A stretch of DNA of 58,357 nucleotides, filler included, from Globobulimina sp. (GCA_003354225.1; 6 parts of 6 records of this genome joined end to end with filler, not necessarily neighbours in it); one strand, 5' to 3'. Shown: positions 1-11,600, counted from the first letter of the whole stretch. Numbers and translations: made by a program. The notes: generated by a model from the letters alone, not told the origin.

Positions 1-333
1 AAGCGATCAATCTCAACAAATTGTAGAAAGTTGGTAAATTAAGTTTGATGGAATGGGATGGAAAAAAAATACTTTACCCGCATTGTAACAGAACAGAACA
101 AAAATTGATAAACATTTTATAGAGCTATAACTTCGAAAAAACACTGTTTCGTCGATATTCACGAAATAGACTTTTTCCCTCAACGATATAACTGAACCAA
201 ATGTAAACAACACGAACCTAAAGATTTATTTAAGCAATTTTTAATCTGAGTGCAAGGATAGTATATCCTATATATATATCACACTTCAGTTTCACACTAC
301 ATTTCTTTCCCATTTTCCACTGTCTTTGTGTTA

Positions 334-1623
334 ATGGCTCAACAACCAGCCGTCATTATGCAAGACATGAACGTAGCAAAATCATATTGGGGCTCAGCAA
401 CACATGAACAATGCTTGAATGCAATTGATCCATGTGATTCATATCTAAAATTGTATAAAAAGCAATATAGAAAATCATCAAAACGCCTGTCATGTGATTG
501 TGATGATTATAAGAAAGATAAAGATGGCAATCTAATTTATCCCAAACATATTAATTTTCGAACAAAAACAATGGATATTATTAATCCAACCATTAATGAC
601 ATTTTATTTGATGATACCGTATGGAATAAACATTTTCGATACAAACATAAAAATAAATCGTATTTAGAGAAAGCAGCGTATGAATCATTTAATATGTGGT
701 ATCATTGCGTAACGAATGAGAATATACACCAAATCCCACAAAAAAAACAACGAAATTGCATCACCTTAGTACCAATAACTGATAATAACACATATTTCAT
801 TGATGATAAATTAATTACTTCGCTCGAAGAATTAATACACATTTATTTTGGTTTAAAAATCAAACAAATCGATGTTAGTAACACAAATAATGTTATTTTT
901 CGAAAAAACAACTTTGGTAATTTTGTCACAAAAGATATTCATCACAAATTATCGACATATTATAACAACGACAAAGATATATTTGCCATTGTTGGTATAT
1001 GCAGCAAAATAGGTATATTTTCTGGGAGCGGTGATAACGACAACAACAACAAAGTGATACATGGCGAGCATAATGATAGCACACAATCCGCAGTGGTGTC
1101 CTTTAGCAAATTAGGCGTTTACAATAAATTACAGCGAAATATTCCTCAATGGTTAAAAATAAGACGTTCTGGAAAGATATTATTGCATGAAATTGCACAC
1201 TTGTTTGGTTTATCACATTGTGAATATTTTCGCTGTTTAATGAACAAAGACGTTGTTTTAGACTGTGTACCGATGCATTTATGTCCTATTTGTTTAAATA
1301 AATTATATTACGCAATGATCAAAGAAAATAATCATCGAAATACTTTTGAATACGATTTAGTACAAACGGCGGCGTCGACATCTGTCCTGGCCATGGCTGA
1401 GGAAATAGCAATTATTATACGTGGTGGTACTGATGATGAAAAAGAGAAAAAAAGAAAAAAGAAAAAAAAAATGCGCATGAAAATCGATAATAATACATTT
1501 AATTTATATCAACGGTATAAGGACTTAGCTGAATGGTTCAACCAAAATAAATGTTTTAGAGAGGCGACATGGTACAATAACCGCATTATGTCATTGTCAT
1601 CGAATGTAATAAATGATGTTTAA
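334..1623 (+). CDS. Archaemetzincin-like zinc metallopeptidase (peptidase M54)
   Basis: HEIAHLFGLSHC zinc motif (HExxHxxGxxH), CLMN Met-turn and HLCPICL Cys motif typical of archaemetzincins; first ATG at 334. Confidence 0.85.
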   Translation: MAQQPAVIMQDMNVAKSYWGSATHEQCLNAIDPCDSYLKLYKKQYRKSSKRLSCDCDDYKKDKDGNLIYPKHINFRTKTMDIINPTINDILFDDTVWNKHFRYKHKNKSYLEKAAYESFNMWYHCVTNENIHQIPQKKQRNCITLVPITDNNTYFIDDKLITSLEELIHIYFGLKIKQIDVSNTNNVIFRKNNFGNFVTKDIHHKLSTYYNNDKDIFAIVGICSKIGIFSGSGDNDNNNKVIHGEHNDSTQSAVVSFSKLGVYNKLQRNIPQWLKIRRSGKILLHEIAHLFGLSHCEYFRCLMNKDVVLDCVPMHLCPICLNKLYYAMIKENNHRNTFEYDLVQTAASTSVLAMAEEIAIIIRGGTDDEKEKKRKKKKKMRMKIDNNTFNLYQRYKDLAEWFNQNKCFREATWYNNRIMSLSSNVINDV

Positions 1624-2186
1624 CTTTTAATAATATATAAATAATAATTTAATATAATAATAATAATTAAATGATGTATCCGTTGAATGCAAAAAAATAT
1701 TTTGCTATAATTCTCAATTTTTTTTTTATTTTTTTGCGTTCGATCCCTACCCTCTCTTTCTATTTTGTTATGAATGAACAAATAAAAACCTTCATGCAAA
1801 ATAGAGAGTTTTTTTAAAATTATTTGATTGTTATCCCCTCTTTTTCGATCATCATCTTTTGTTTTTATTGTTATTTTTGTGCCACCATGTTTTCCTTTAT
1901 TTTTTTATGTCTGTTGTACACTGTACACCTTTTTTGATTTGGTTTTTGTCCTTTGACTTTTTTTTAATAATTCATCAGCGATGGGGAGCAATTGGTCATT
2001 GGGTAAAAATATCCTTGCACACGCACCGAGAGACAAATAATTTGCAAAAAAAAGACTGAATTAAATAGTGGACGTTTGAATTCCAAATAAAAGTGATATG
2101 GAAGGGAAGTTAAAGAGTTGCATCGTTTCAAAAAGAAAATGAAATGAAAGGTTTAAATTAAGTTTGTGATGGAAAGTTAGTGTAAA

Positions 2187-3676
2187 TTAAAATAAACCAA
2201 AATCTGTATCAAATGACAAAGTTCCTGAATCAGATTTTTGTTCTCTTGAATAGGTTTCAAAATATTGAAATATAATTGAGACAGCTAATAATATTCCAGT
2301 GCCCGATCCTATGGCGCCCATAAAATCCGCAAATATGGATAATGCGCCAATACACATACCACCCAATGCCGCAGCAGTTGGTATATATCGATATAATATT
2401 TTAACAACGGATTGTTCCCTATAGCCTTTAATGACTAATCCTTGTTTCTCTAATTGTCGTGCAACATCACGTGGCGATCCGCCAGAGATCTCAATCCAAA
2501 CCACACTGAATAATGCACAGCTTATTAATATAAACAAGACATAAACAATGGAATGCAATGGGTCCGTCACCACTTCTTGCATCGATCTCGGCGGTGACAC
2601 AAAATAAGCTAAACCGCCAACAGGTACATACTGTCCATGTGCATTGGTCCGCCAATCCCCAAATAAACGAACAAAGAAATTCTTACTGTATCGACGATGT
2701 AATAATTGAGAGAAAAAATATAAATTTGACACCAATGCAGTTTGTAATATCACCGGGATATTACTGGTATAAAATAATTTGATCGGATAGGTTTGATTTG
2801 AAATACCGCGCGCTTTCACATGTTTTAATGGTAAATCAACTCGGAATCCTTGAACATAAATCACCACTAAAAAGACAATAATTGTTGCCATTAAATTGGT
2901 TAAATTGGGTAAGTTTTTACGATAAAAGGCCTCTCGCAATGCACTAAATTTATTATTTCGTGTAATTAATAAATAAAAAAATGCAATAATGGCACCTTCA
3001 AACTCAGGGCCACCGCCTAAATTAATAGTGGTCGGCGAGAATGCTCTCCACACAATATTTTCACAGATATTTGTGGCAATAAATAAGGAAATGCCACTGC
3101 CCATTCCATAGCCTTTTTGCAACACTTCATCCAATAATAAGACAATAAGGCCAGCCATGAATAATTGGATAATGATTAAGATGCAATTGCCTAATCCCAA
3201 TGTGCGCCAATCGCCATACATGCCACTGAATACATACAATATGGCTTCTGCTAAAGTTATAAATAAACCTAATAATTTCTGTGCGCATGCATACAATTGA
3301 CGCTCTTTTGGGTCTTCAACGTTGACAGATATTTGTTTTGTGCCTGCCAATAATTGTAATACTAATCCGGATGTTACTATTGGTGATATACCTAACTCCA
3401 TTAAAGTGCCTCTGTTGGACGCTAAAACCACACGGATCCAATACAATGGATCTGCATGATCTGAAGGACGGATTCCATATAATGGGATTTGACAACATAC
3501 TAAAAACACTACCAGTGTTATAGCGGTCCATGCTAATTTAACTCGGAATGGCACTCGTTTATCTATTTTATTTATTTAGTTTTTTAAATTGGTATGATTT
3601 GGTAGAGTAAAATACCTGGTGGTTCTACCTCAGGTACAATACGTAGGAATGGTTCTAAATATTTTAAAATTCCCAT
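2187..3676 (-). CDS. SEC61A: Protein translocon Sec61 alpha subunit (2 exons)
   Basis: Conserved [30 protein letters not shown] and [13 protein letters not shown]. Exon 1 3676-3616 ([20 protein letters not shown]) is spliced via a 53-nt GT-AG intron 3615-3563 to [10 protein letters not shown]. Confidence 0.97.
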
Positions 3677-3740
3677 TATTTTATGTTAATTTTGTGTGGT
3701 GTTTTATCTGGTGCTGAGTGTTGCTGTTGGTTGGTTTTTG

Positions 3741-3776
3741 TTGACGTGGACAAATAGTTTTTAAAATTGACGTGGA
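3741..3776. promoter_or_regulatory. Two TTGACGTGGA copies (UPRE/bZIP-like) upstream of Sec61alpha
   Basis: Exact 10-mer at 3741-3750 and 3767-3776, 65-100 bp upstream of the SEC61A ATG; matches the TGACGTGG UPRE consensus. Confidence 0.5.
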
Positions 3777-3866
3777 AAAACTAAGTGAAGTGTTTTTTCG
3801 TTCTTTTCATTTATTAAAAACGGCGCAACCGTACTTGAGTGCAAGGATCAATCATCAGTCTCGCCA

Positions 3867-4616
3867 TCATTTGAATTTGCTGAGAACATCTTGATTACAA
3901 AATAAATTTTGAATCAATACAAAAGCACATATTCCAATGATCAACATTACCACAAACCAAATCATACCATTTTTATCATTTTCTCTGTATGTGTATTGAT
4001 CAAAATCGTATATATTATTATCATCATTATTTGAACCCATAACACCTTTAATGCCTTGTAGTGTAAATATATACGGTTCAATTACTTGAATATTTTTACC
4101 AGTTACATCCATTTTATTTGCTTCCACAATACGATCTTGCTGTTTTTTATCAGAAGATACAAACAATGACAGTCCATACTGCAGATTAACAATTAAATAA
4201 TGGCCAGATGGTTTGTGTGGAGCTTGCAAGATTTGAAATATATTTCTAGTTTCTGTAGAATATGGATGTGCTTCAAGTACATGATTATATGCCTTACGAT
4301 CATTTGATACAAAAAGCCATCGTTTATAATCAACATTAAAAAATCTATATCTGTTCTCAGCAAGTTTTTCGATTTGAAATATATTTCTCGTTTCATACTG
4401 ATATTTATGAGCTTCAACAATATTATCATGTTTGTTTTCATCATTACTTACAAACAAATATAGATCAGAATTTGGGTTACGTATCAACAATTGCTGCTTG
4501 TTTAATGCTGCAGCATCCAAATCAGTGATTGTTTCCACTTCAAACATCAATAAATCCCTGCCTCCATTTGCAATCATTGAACATAGACACAGTCCAAGTA
4601 TAAACATTTTGATCAT
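3867..4616 (-). CDS. Membrane-anchored secreted protein with three ~45-aa repeats (probable beta-trefoil)
   Basis: Signal peptide from ATG 4616 (MIKMFILGLCLCSMIANG), three LFVSxD...EA repeats (the first two ending ETRNIFQI), C-terminal TM helix. Confidence 0.65.
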   Translation of the reverse strand: MIKMFILGLCLCSMIANGGRDLLMFEVETITDLDAAALNKQQLLIRNPNSDLYLFVSNDENKHDNIVEAHKYQYETRNIFQIEKLAENRYRFFNVDYKRWLFVSNDRKAYNHVLEAHPYSTETRNIFQILQAPHKPSGHYLIVNLQYGLSLFVSSDKKQQDRIVEANKMDVTGKNIQVIEPYIFTLQGIKGVMGSNNDDNNIYDFDQYTYRENDKNGMIWFVVMLIIGICAFVLIQNLFCNQDVLSKFK

Positions 4617-4743
4617 CAGTGTATGGTTCAAAAAGTTTGACATTTCTAACATCAGGCAAACGTTTTTTGAAAAACAAAGGTGCGGAAAGTGAACACCCAT
4701 AAATCCTAACAAATGTACATTTTACATTAGTTTAACTTAAATC

Positions 4744-5905
4744 CTAATACGTAAATACCAACAATACCCCAAGGACAACAACAGGTATTTTTAATTGGAT
4801 AATTAATTTTGATTCGATTAATTTTGGAAATAATATGGAATGATACTTTGCTCGTAATTTTTGTTCAATTTTTTTACTCAATTTCTTATCAATACACATT
4901 TCCAAACTATTTTTTCCATACAAGTCTTGGTGAAAATAGTTCATTTCATATTTCCTGTCATAATTTAATAACAAACTCAATATTTTTTCATTTTTCCTAT
5001 AAACACACCACATTAAACAGTTCCAATTAAAATTCTGCATATCAGTCGCATTGAGATTTATAGCTTTACATTTTAACAATAATTTAACGACATCCTTTCT
5101 GTCCTCAGCACAGGAAACCATTAACGCAGTCCTTCCACGCTCATCTTCCAAGTTAATATCTGTCCATTGGTTGCTTATCAATGCTTGGACAACATCGCAA
5201 TGCCCGCGATGCGATGATACCAATAATGGTGAAATCTCTATTGATATTAAAATAAATTAATTATATAATTATATACTAATATATATAACAAAGATATAAT
5301 AAGAATATACATGGTCATACCATACCATCTCTATTGCATATATTTGGATTTGCGCCCATTTTTAATAACAATATAACAATATCCGCTGCTCCAATTTTGG
5401 CTGCTCGAAATAATGCAGTTGAATGTTCTCTGTCTCTTGCATTTATATCTAACTTTATTGATATATCATTCATATTATTTATATTATGCAAATGTTGTTT
5501 ATTTTGTTGTTTATCTTTATTTATTAAAATTTCTATCAAATTCAAATCCCCTTTTTCTGCTGCAAAATGAAGCACTGTTCTTTGTAATTTATGATCCATT
5601 TGTTTCGAAAAGTCAATGATTTGTTTTGTTTTAAACATTTTCTGTACTGCCCATATTCTATCTTTTTGTATTGCCCATATTAAAGGAGTCCATACTTGAT
5701 GTTTATTGGCTGAATTACCATTTAAATCAATTAATGATAACAATTCAGTAAATTTATCCTTTTCTTCCCTTACAATGCTATGGATAAATCTTTTCATTTT
5801 TTTCTCCTTTGCCTCCTTATCATCTTTATCATCCTCATCCTCATCCTCTGGCAAAACCATTGGACTATAATACAATGTGTTGCTTTGTTTGTCATTGTTA
5901 GCCAT
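4744..5905 (-). CDS. Ankyrin-repeat protein (2 exons)
   Basis: TPLIWA, TVLHFAA, TALFRAA, SPLLVSS and TALMVS ankyrin motifs; intron about 5325-5238 joins NRD to EISPLL. Confidence 0.85.
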
Positions 5906-6026
5906 GTTTGTTTTTCGTTGATTGTTTTCAGACTTAAGATGAGTGAGATGGCGTGGAAAAGGATGAGGGTTAATTAGACCGATGGACTTTATATATATCA
6001 TATATCATATATGAGTCTACAATGAT

Positions 6027-7741
6027 TCATTTTTTTAGAACATTTTTCTTTGTTTTACTTCTTGATTTAAATTTCTTTTTTAGGACATTTTGTGTGGTAT
6101 TTTTTTTTTCCATTGCTTTGAAAACATTTTTAGCAGCGGCTGCCGCCTCAGTGAAAGCTTTATCGACTTGGATTGACGACACCTTTGACACACGCGGTTG
6201 TTTAGCCATATTTTTGAACACTGATTTCTGTTTTTGAACAACTTTAGCTGCCGCAATCCTTTTTTGTTCCTCTTCGTCCGCTGTTATTATTTTCCTGTTT
6301 GACTGTTGTAACCCTTTAAATTTTATTTTGCCCCCTTTTCCACGGGAAGCTAAATACTCATCTCTTTGTTTCGTTGAATGAATATTTGTGCTCGATTGTA
6401 AGCCACTAAATTTACTCACTTTGCCCGCAGTGTTTAATTCATCCACGGCATTCCTCTGTTGATTAATATCCATAGCCATATTATAAGAAATATCTGCTAT
6501 TTTATCATAATCTTCTGGACGTATATTAACATTCTCATTTATTAGTTGCATTTTCGATAATAATGGCACTGCTCCATTTCGCTTCGCAAATTGTGATTTG
6601 GCACTGGCAATATTTCCTCTCTCCTCAGCAGTCAGTATTGGAGCTAGAGCTAGAATTAAAATGAATATATTTAAGTCAATTAACACATAAACATATCATA
6701 CAACATTACCATGGCCAGCCATCGGAGCCATCGGAGCTCCAGGAATTGATGCTATTTTTTAGTGTCAAACTGCAGAAATTGTACGTACAAATTTTCAACA
6801 CAACACAACACAAACCAGCTATTGGAGCTTTTGTTGATATTGGAGGCATTGGAGCCATTTGAGGCATTGGGGCCATTTGAGGTATTGGAGCCATTGGAGG
6901 CATTGGAGCTTTTGGAGCCATTGGAGGCATTGGAGCTTTTGGAGCCATTGGAGGCATTGGAGCTTTTGACAACATTGGGGCCATTTGAGGCATTGGAGCC
7001 ATTGGAGCTTTTGGAGGCATTGGAGGTATTGGAGCCATAGGAGGCATTGATGGCATTGGAGCCATTGGTGCTCCAGAAGGGAGTGGTGCTGTTTGAATTA
7101 CATTCTTTGCAGGCAATGTTGTTGGAGCCATAGGTGCACCTCCCGGTAATGGCGCTATTTGTGGGAGTGTATAATCAATATATAAAATATATGCATATGA
7201 TTATGATTATGATACCTGGCAATATTAATGGTGCAGATGAACGTGGTGGAGCAACAGGTTTAGGTTTTGGAGGTTGTACTTTCTTTATTTGGGAAATATC
7301 AACTTTATTCATTTCAAATATAGATTTTATATCATCTAAATCGCCCAATCCATCCACATCCAAATCAATAGAATATCGTCCAAATGATTTTGAATCAAAC
7401 GTAGATGGTGGTACATTTAATGAAGTTAAATCATCATCGACATCCACAATAAATGCACTAAAATCCAATGTATCTACCTCAGCCATTAATAGCTCATCGG
7501 GAGGCTGCAGTGTTTGGTTGTTACTTGCTTCAGATAATGGTGGCGGTGTTGGCGATTTAGAGTGATGTGATAAATTTCCTTTGTTGAGTGGATTCTTATA
7601 TTTTAATGAGTTTATCATTGTTTTATTCTGCAATTTATTCAAAGCATCCGCTGTCTTAGATATTCGTGCACCATATTCATTACTAATTGTATCGGCGATT
7701 GTATTTATATTCTTTACTGTTACACTGCGTTTAGTTGTCAT
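6027..7741 (-). CDS. Hypothetical protein with Pro/Met-rich (PPMAP) repeat and basic C-terminus (4 exons)
   Basis: GT-AG introns 7215-7155, 6815-6752 and 6709-6650, all phase 1, join the reading frames into one continuous CDS. Confidence 0.7.
6816..7075 (-). repeat. Coding tandem repeat encoding APMPPMAPK units
   Basis: Imperfect tandem units such as ttggaggcattggagcttttggagcca. Confidence 0.85.
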
Positions 7742-7769
7742 GCTGTAAACTATTGAAAAGATAAAAACA

Positions 7770-9761
7770 ATGTCGTGCACTACTTCTGGGTTATGGCACT
7801 TATCCACCGACACTAACAAAGATATATTTCATATTGTTGAGGTATTGGCAGTTACTGTAGAGATTGTTTGTATATTGTTGTATGTGAGAACGAATAGGAA
7901 TATATCCGTGAATTCAAACATCACAGATAAAAGTATTGTGATTAATGATTATGAAGATACTGTTGATGATTACGATGGATATGAAAAATTAGCGAGGAAA
8001 ATAAAGAAAGCAAATAAAAACACTATTTTGCCCGTTTATTTTAATCTGTTAAAATGGTTTATTTTCTACCAAATAATAATGATAATATATTCGTTGGCAA
8101 TATTTGTGTTGTCCATAAATAAAACAGCAATAAAAACAGTAACTAAATAGTTTAGCACTTTGCTACATTACTTGTATGAAAACAATACAAACATTAAATT
8201 ATATAAAATATATAGTATAATTATTGCATTTGAAGGTTTTATTGTGAATTTCTTTTGGTATAGTTTTATGTATTTGATAATCTGGAGTTTTATACAAAAA
8301 TCAAGCGGGAAAAATTCATGGAGGAGGAGTGCGTATATATCCTTATTTTTAGGTGTTGTACATGGCGCTGCCTTTATATTTATGTTTGAAATAATTGTCG
8401 ATTGCTTCACCACGAGATTTATCATTATGACATTATGCTCATTTGATTTATCCATATTTATCATCTTAATATATTACATGGTCAAATATCCAAGGAAGAG
8501 ATATAAAAAATCATTAATTTGTTACACACTCATTATCACTGTAATACATATAATATGGTTAATACTTAATATATTTGCCTATATCAATAAAAATGGATCT
8601 TTTTACATTTATTATATATTTGATGTGCTGCGACAATTAATATTTCCAATCATCTTATTTTTTACACTCAAATATGACTCTGAATATTGGTCGGAGATGG
8701 CATATTCAATTATGTGCTCCAATCATGCCCGCTTATCCATATGGGACGAATATGTGGATATAGAATCTACAAATTATGCCTCGGCCTCAGAGTCGACTAC
8801 AAATACAAATACAAATCTATCCATCTATGACGAAGTAATAAATTTAGCCGCCTCTGAAATGCAAATACCTATATTTGAATGGTGTTGCTTAGGTATTGAC
8901 AATGATGAAATAGTTGGCTTAGGCACATATGCTCATGTATTGTTAGGCAAATATAAAGGAAGGAATGTGGCAATAAAATGCATAGTTTGCGATGAATTAG
9001 ATATTGAAACAATGCATTTATTTTATAAAGAAGCATTATTATCCTTATCATTACAATCGAGAGGTATATCACATCCAAACATTGTCCAATTTTTAGGGAT
9101 TGCCATTCAGCCGCCTGAGCTATGTCTAATAGTTTAGCACTTTTACTACATTACTTGTATGAAATTAAAACAATATATAAATTATATAAAATATAATATA
9201 TAGTATGAATATTGTAAACACAAATCATTAACCAATGTTTTGCAAAATGTACATTTATATTCAAATATTAGTTACATTCAAATTTTATATATGGCGCAAG
9301 ATATTGCCAAAGGAATGAAATATTTGCACAAACATGATATTATCCACAGAGACTTAAAAACTGACAATGTATTAATTCATTCATATACGGCTAACAAATC
9401 AAATACTGCCAAATATCCAAACAAACTGTTTATTGCAAAAGTATGTCTACACTCTCTAACTAACATTTATATATATATTATAATTATAATTAATTAATTA
9501 TATATATATCAGGTCTGTGATTTTGGGCTTGCCAGAAAAGTTGAAATGAATCAATTAAATCCAAATGATATGGATGACGAAGCATATATTTATGTTGATG
9601 ATCATGACGAATTGGCTCAAGCAAATGGTTGTAATTCGCCGAGTTTATCATCGATCAGATCCATCAGATCCATTCGATCCATTAAATCAAAGAATTCTGC
9701 AAAATCATCAATTTCGGAATTTATATTATCAACTTTAGGAATAAATACATTGAATATGAAA
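7770..9761 (+). CDS. Multi-pass (7TM-like) membrane protein fused to a TKL protein kinase; 3' truncated
   Basis: About 7 hydrophobic helices ending in DSEYW, then GLGTYAHV, VAIK, HPNIVQFLG, HRDLKTDN and CDFGLAR. Introns at 8150-8215, 9132-9203 and 9441-9512. Confidence 0.88.
8150..8215 (+). mobile_element. Introner-like intron, copy A (66 nt)
   Basis: GT-AG intron sharing long identical blocks with the intron at 9132-9203; ATAGT at both junctions. Confidence 0.6.
9132..9203 (+). mobile_element. Introner-like intron, copy B (72 nt)
   Basis: GT-AG intron whose removal restores LCLI|YEYC; highly similar to 8150-8215; ATAGT at both junctions. Confidence 0.6.
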
Positions 9762-9861
9762 NNNNNNNNNNNNNNNNNNNNNNNNNNNNNNNNNNNNNNN
9801 NNNNNTTAATTAATTAANNNNNNNNNNNNNNNNNNNNNNNNNNNNNNNNNNNNNNNNNNNN
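9762..9861. other. Artificial contig linker
   Basis: 44 N + TTAATTAATTAA (stops in all six frames) + 44 N. Confidence 0.99.
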
Positions 9862-11463
9862 TTTGCGCACAGTGTCATGGGTGGCATATCCGGTGTGGTG
9901 CAGAACCCATCGCGCGGCTACACAGAGACCGGTGCCTGGGGCTTCATTAAAGGGGTTGGCACGGGCTTAGTGGGAGCATTTACGAAGCCCATCTCTGGAG
10001 CTTTGGACTTAGTGGCAGCGGCCAGTCGCAGTATAGCGGGTGCCACGGGACACGAACACAAGGAAATTAAACGAAGATGTGAATTGAACGAGAATCCCTT
10101 CATACAATCTAGTTACAGCAAAATCAAATATTACTGGATCGCATTGAGGAGGAATGAACATTATATTATACATATTCCGAATGTCAAAGTCAATAAAAAA
10201 ATAATTAAGAAATCTGAAACAAAGTTTAAGAAAACGACCAGGACAAAATGCACATTTGTTTTAACGGACTGTTCTATTTTTATTGTGGATGACCCGATCA
10301 ATGATGACAAAATTGGGGAAGTATTTGATTGGACTCAAACGAATATCAAAGCACAGATTGAAGACGTCGACAGTACGCAAGAGACAAAAGACAAAGACAT
10401 AACCATAGAATCGAATAATTTGTCTGGGTCTTCGTACAGAGCCATTGTGACTGCGGAACAAATGAGGATATTGAATGACAATCAGTTTATTCATGGTAAT
10501 GATAAGAATGAAAATGAAAATATATTGTTATCCTCGTATCATACGGGCGAATTATTATCGTTTGAACGTCAGGAAACTAATAGCAATGAGGATGATATGT
10601 CGTTGCTGTCGAACAGCAATGTTGTTATGAGCCATCCGCATACATTGGGACCGGTTTCTTTGTTTTTCTTAATTAAGGATAAAAGAAATAGGAATAGATT
10701 TAAATTAACTTTTAATTCATTGCGGGGTCAGTCATTACAAATGATTGATTTTTGGAAAAAAGAGTGCATAAAACGAAGGAAAGCACATGTTTTGTTGTTA
10801 AAACAGCAAAAAGAACTTCAGCATCAATTGCAACAACATTTGAAATTGAAAAAAGAGAAAAAAGATAAAAAGAAACTAAAGTTATTGCAAAATAAACAAT
10901 TATTAAGGCAACACTCACAATCTGTATCTAACTCAGAATCAGTGGTTGAACACCAATATCATAGGAATATGATGCAAAATAATAATCGAGTACATGCATG
11001 GATGTTAAACAGATCTCAGTCGGAGAAAAGATTTAAAATTCAAGATTATGATGATGGCGATGATGATGGTATTATTAAGTACAATAATAATGAGGACAAT
11101 ATCAATGATGATGTTGGTATTAACGAAGATAATGACAACAATGATGTTGATCCAGATCCAGATATTGATGATGAATATGTTGGCAATGAAGAGGAGGATG
11201 ATGAGGATGCAAATGATCATGAAAATAATAATGATTTAGATGCGATGCAAACTGATAGCTCTGAAATAATCAATCATAAGTCTGGTTATATGCAATTAAA
11301 TGATCAAGATGAAGATGATGCATTTGATCATGAAAATAATAATGATATTACAGATTCTATCGCAAAGAATAACGCATTTGATCTAAAAAAATCAAAATTG
11401 CAACAACGAAAACCAAACAGTCTCAGAAATTTAACTGTCACTATTAATAATTATGATAAATGA
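9862..11463 (+). CDS. VPS13: VPS13-family lipid transfer protein, C-terminal part (5' truncated)
   Basis: GGISGVVQNP...GFIKGVGTGLVGAFTKPISGALDL is the VPS13/ATG2 C-terminal amphipathic region; followed by a PH-like segment and an acidic tail. Confidence 0.8.
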   Translation, partial: FAHSVMGGISGVVQNPSRGYTETGAWGFIKGVGTGLVGAFTKPISGALDLVAAASRSIAGATGHEHKEIKRRCELNENPFIQSSYSKIKYYWIALRRNEHYIIHIPNVKVNKKIIKKSETKFKKTTRTKCTFVLTDCSIFIVDDPINDDKIGEVFDWTQTNIKAQIEDVDSTQETKDKDITIESNNLSGSSYRAIVTAEQMRILNDNQFIHGNDKNENENILLSSYHTGELLSFERQETNSNEDDMSLLSNSNVVMSHPHTLGPVSLFFLIKDKRNRNRFKLTFNSLRGQSLQMIDFWKKECIKRRKAHVLLLKQQKELQHQLQQHLKLKKEKKDKKKLKLLQNKQLLRQHSQSVSNSESVVEHQYHRNMMQNNNRVHAWMLNRSQSEKRFKIQDYDDGDDDGIIKYNNNEDNINDDVGINEDNDNNDVDPDPDIDDEYVGNEEEDDEDANDHENNNDLDAMQTDSSEIINHKSGYMQLNDQDEDDAFDHENNNDITDSIAKNNAFDLKKSKLQQRKPNSLRNLTVTINNYDK

Positions 11464-11600
11464 TGATTTTGTTTATTTATTTTTGATACTTTTAGTGATT
11501 GCTTTGTGTTTTATTTGTAGTTATCTTCTTTGTTAGTTTTTTTTTGCAATTGTTTCCATAAATCATTTCATTTACTTTGACACATTTTCATTTGTCGACA

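Noticed and set aside
13-213. 66-aa minus-strand ORF
   Set aside because: Non-ATG start, no recognisable motif, low-complexity AT-rich sequence.
1859-2059. Phe-rich 66-aa ORF
   Set aside because: Product of T-rich 3' UTR/intergenic sequence.
6762-7565. Plus-strand ORFs with LEPLEAL repeats
   Set aside because: Antisense shadows of the PPMAP repeat gene.
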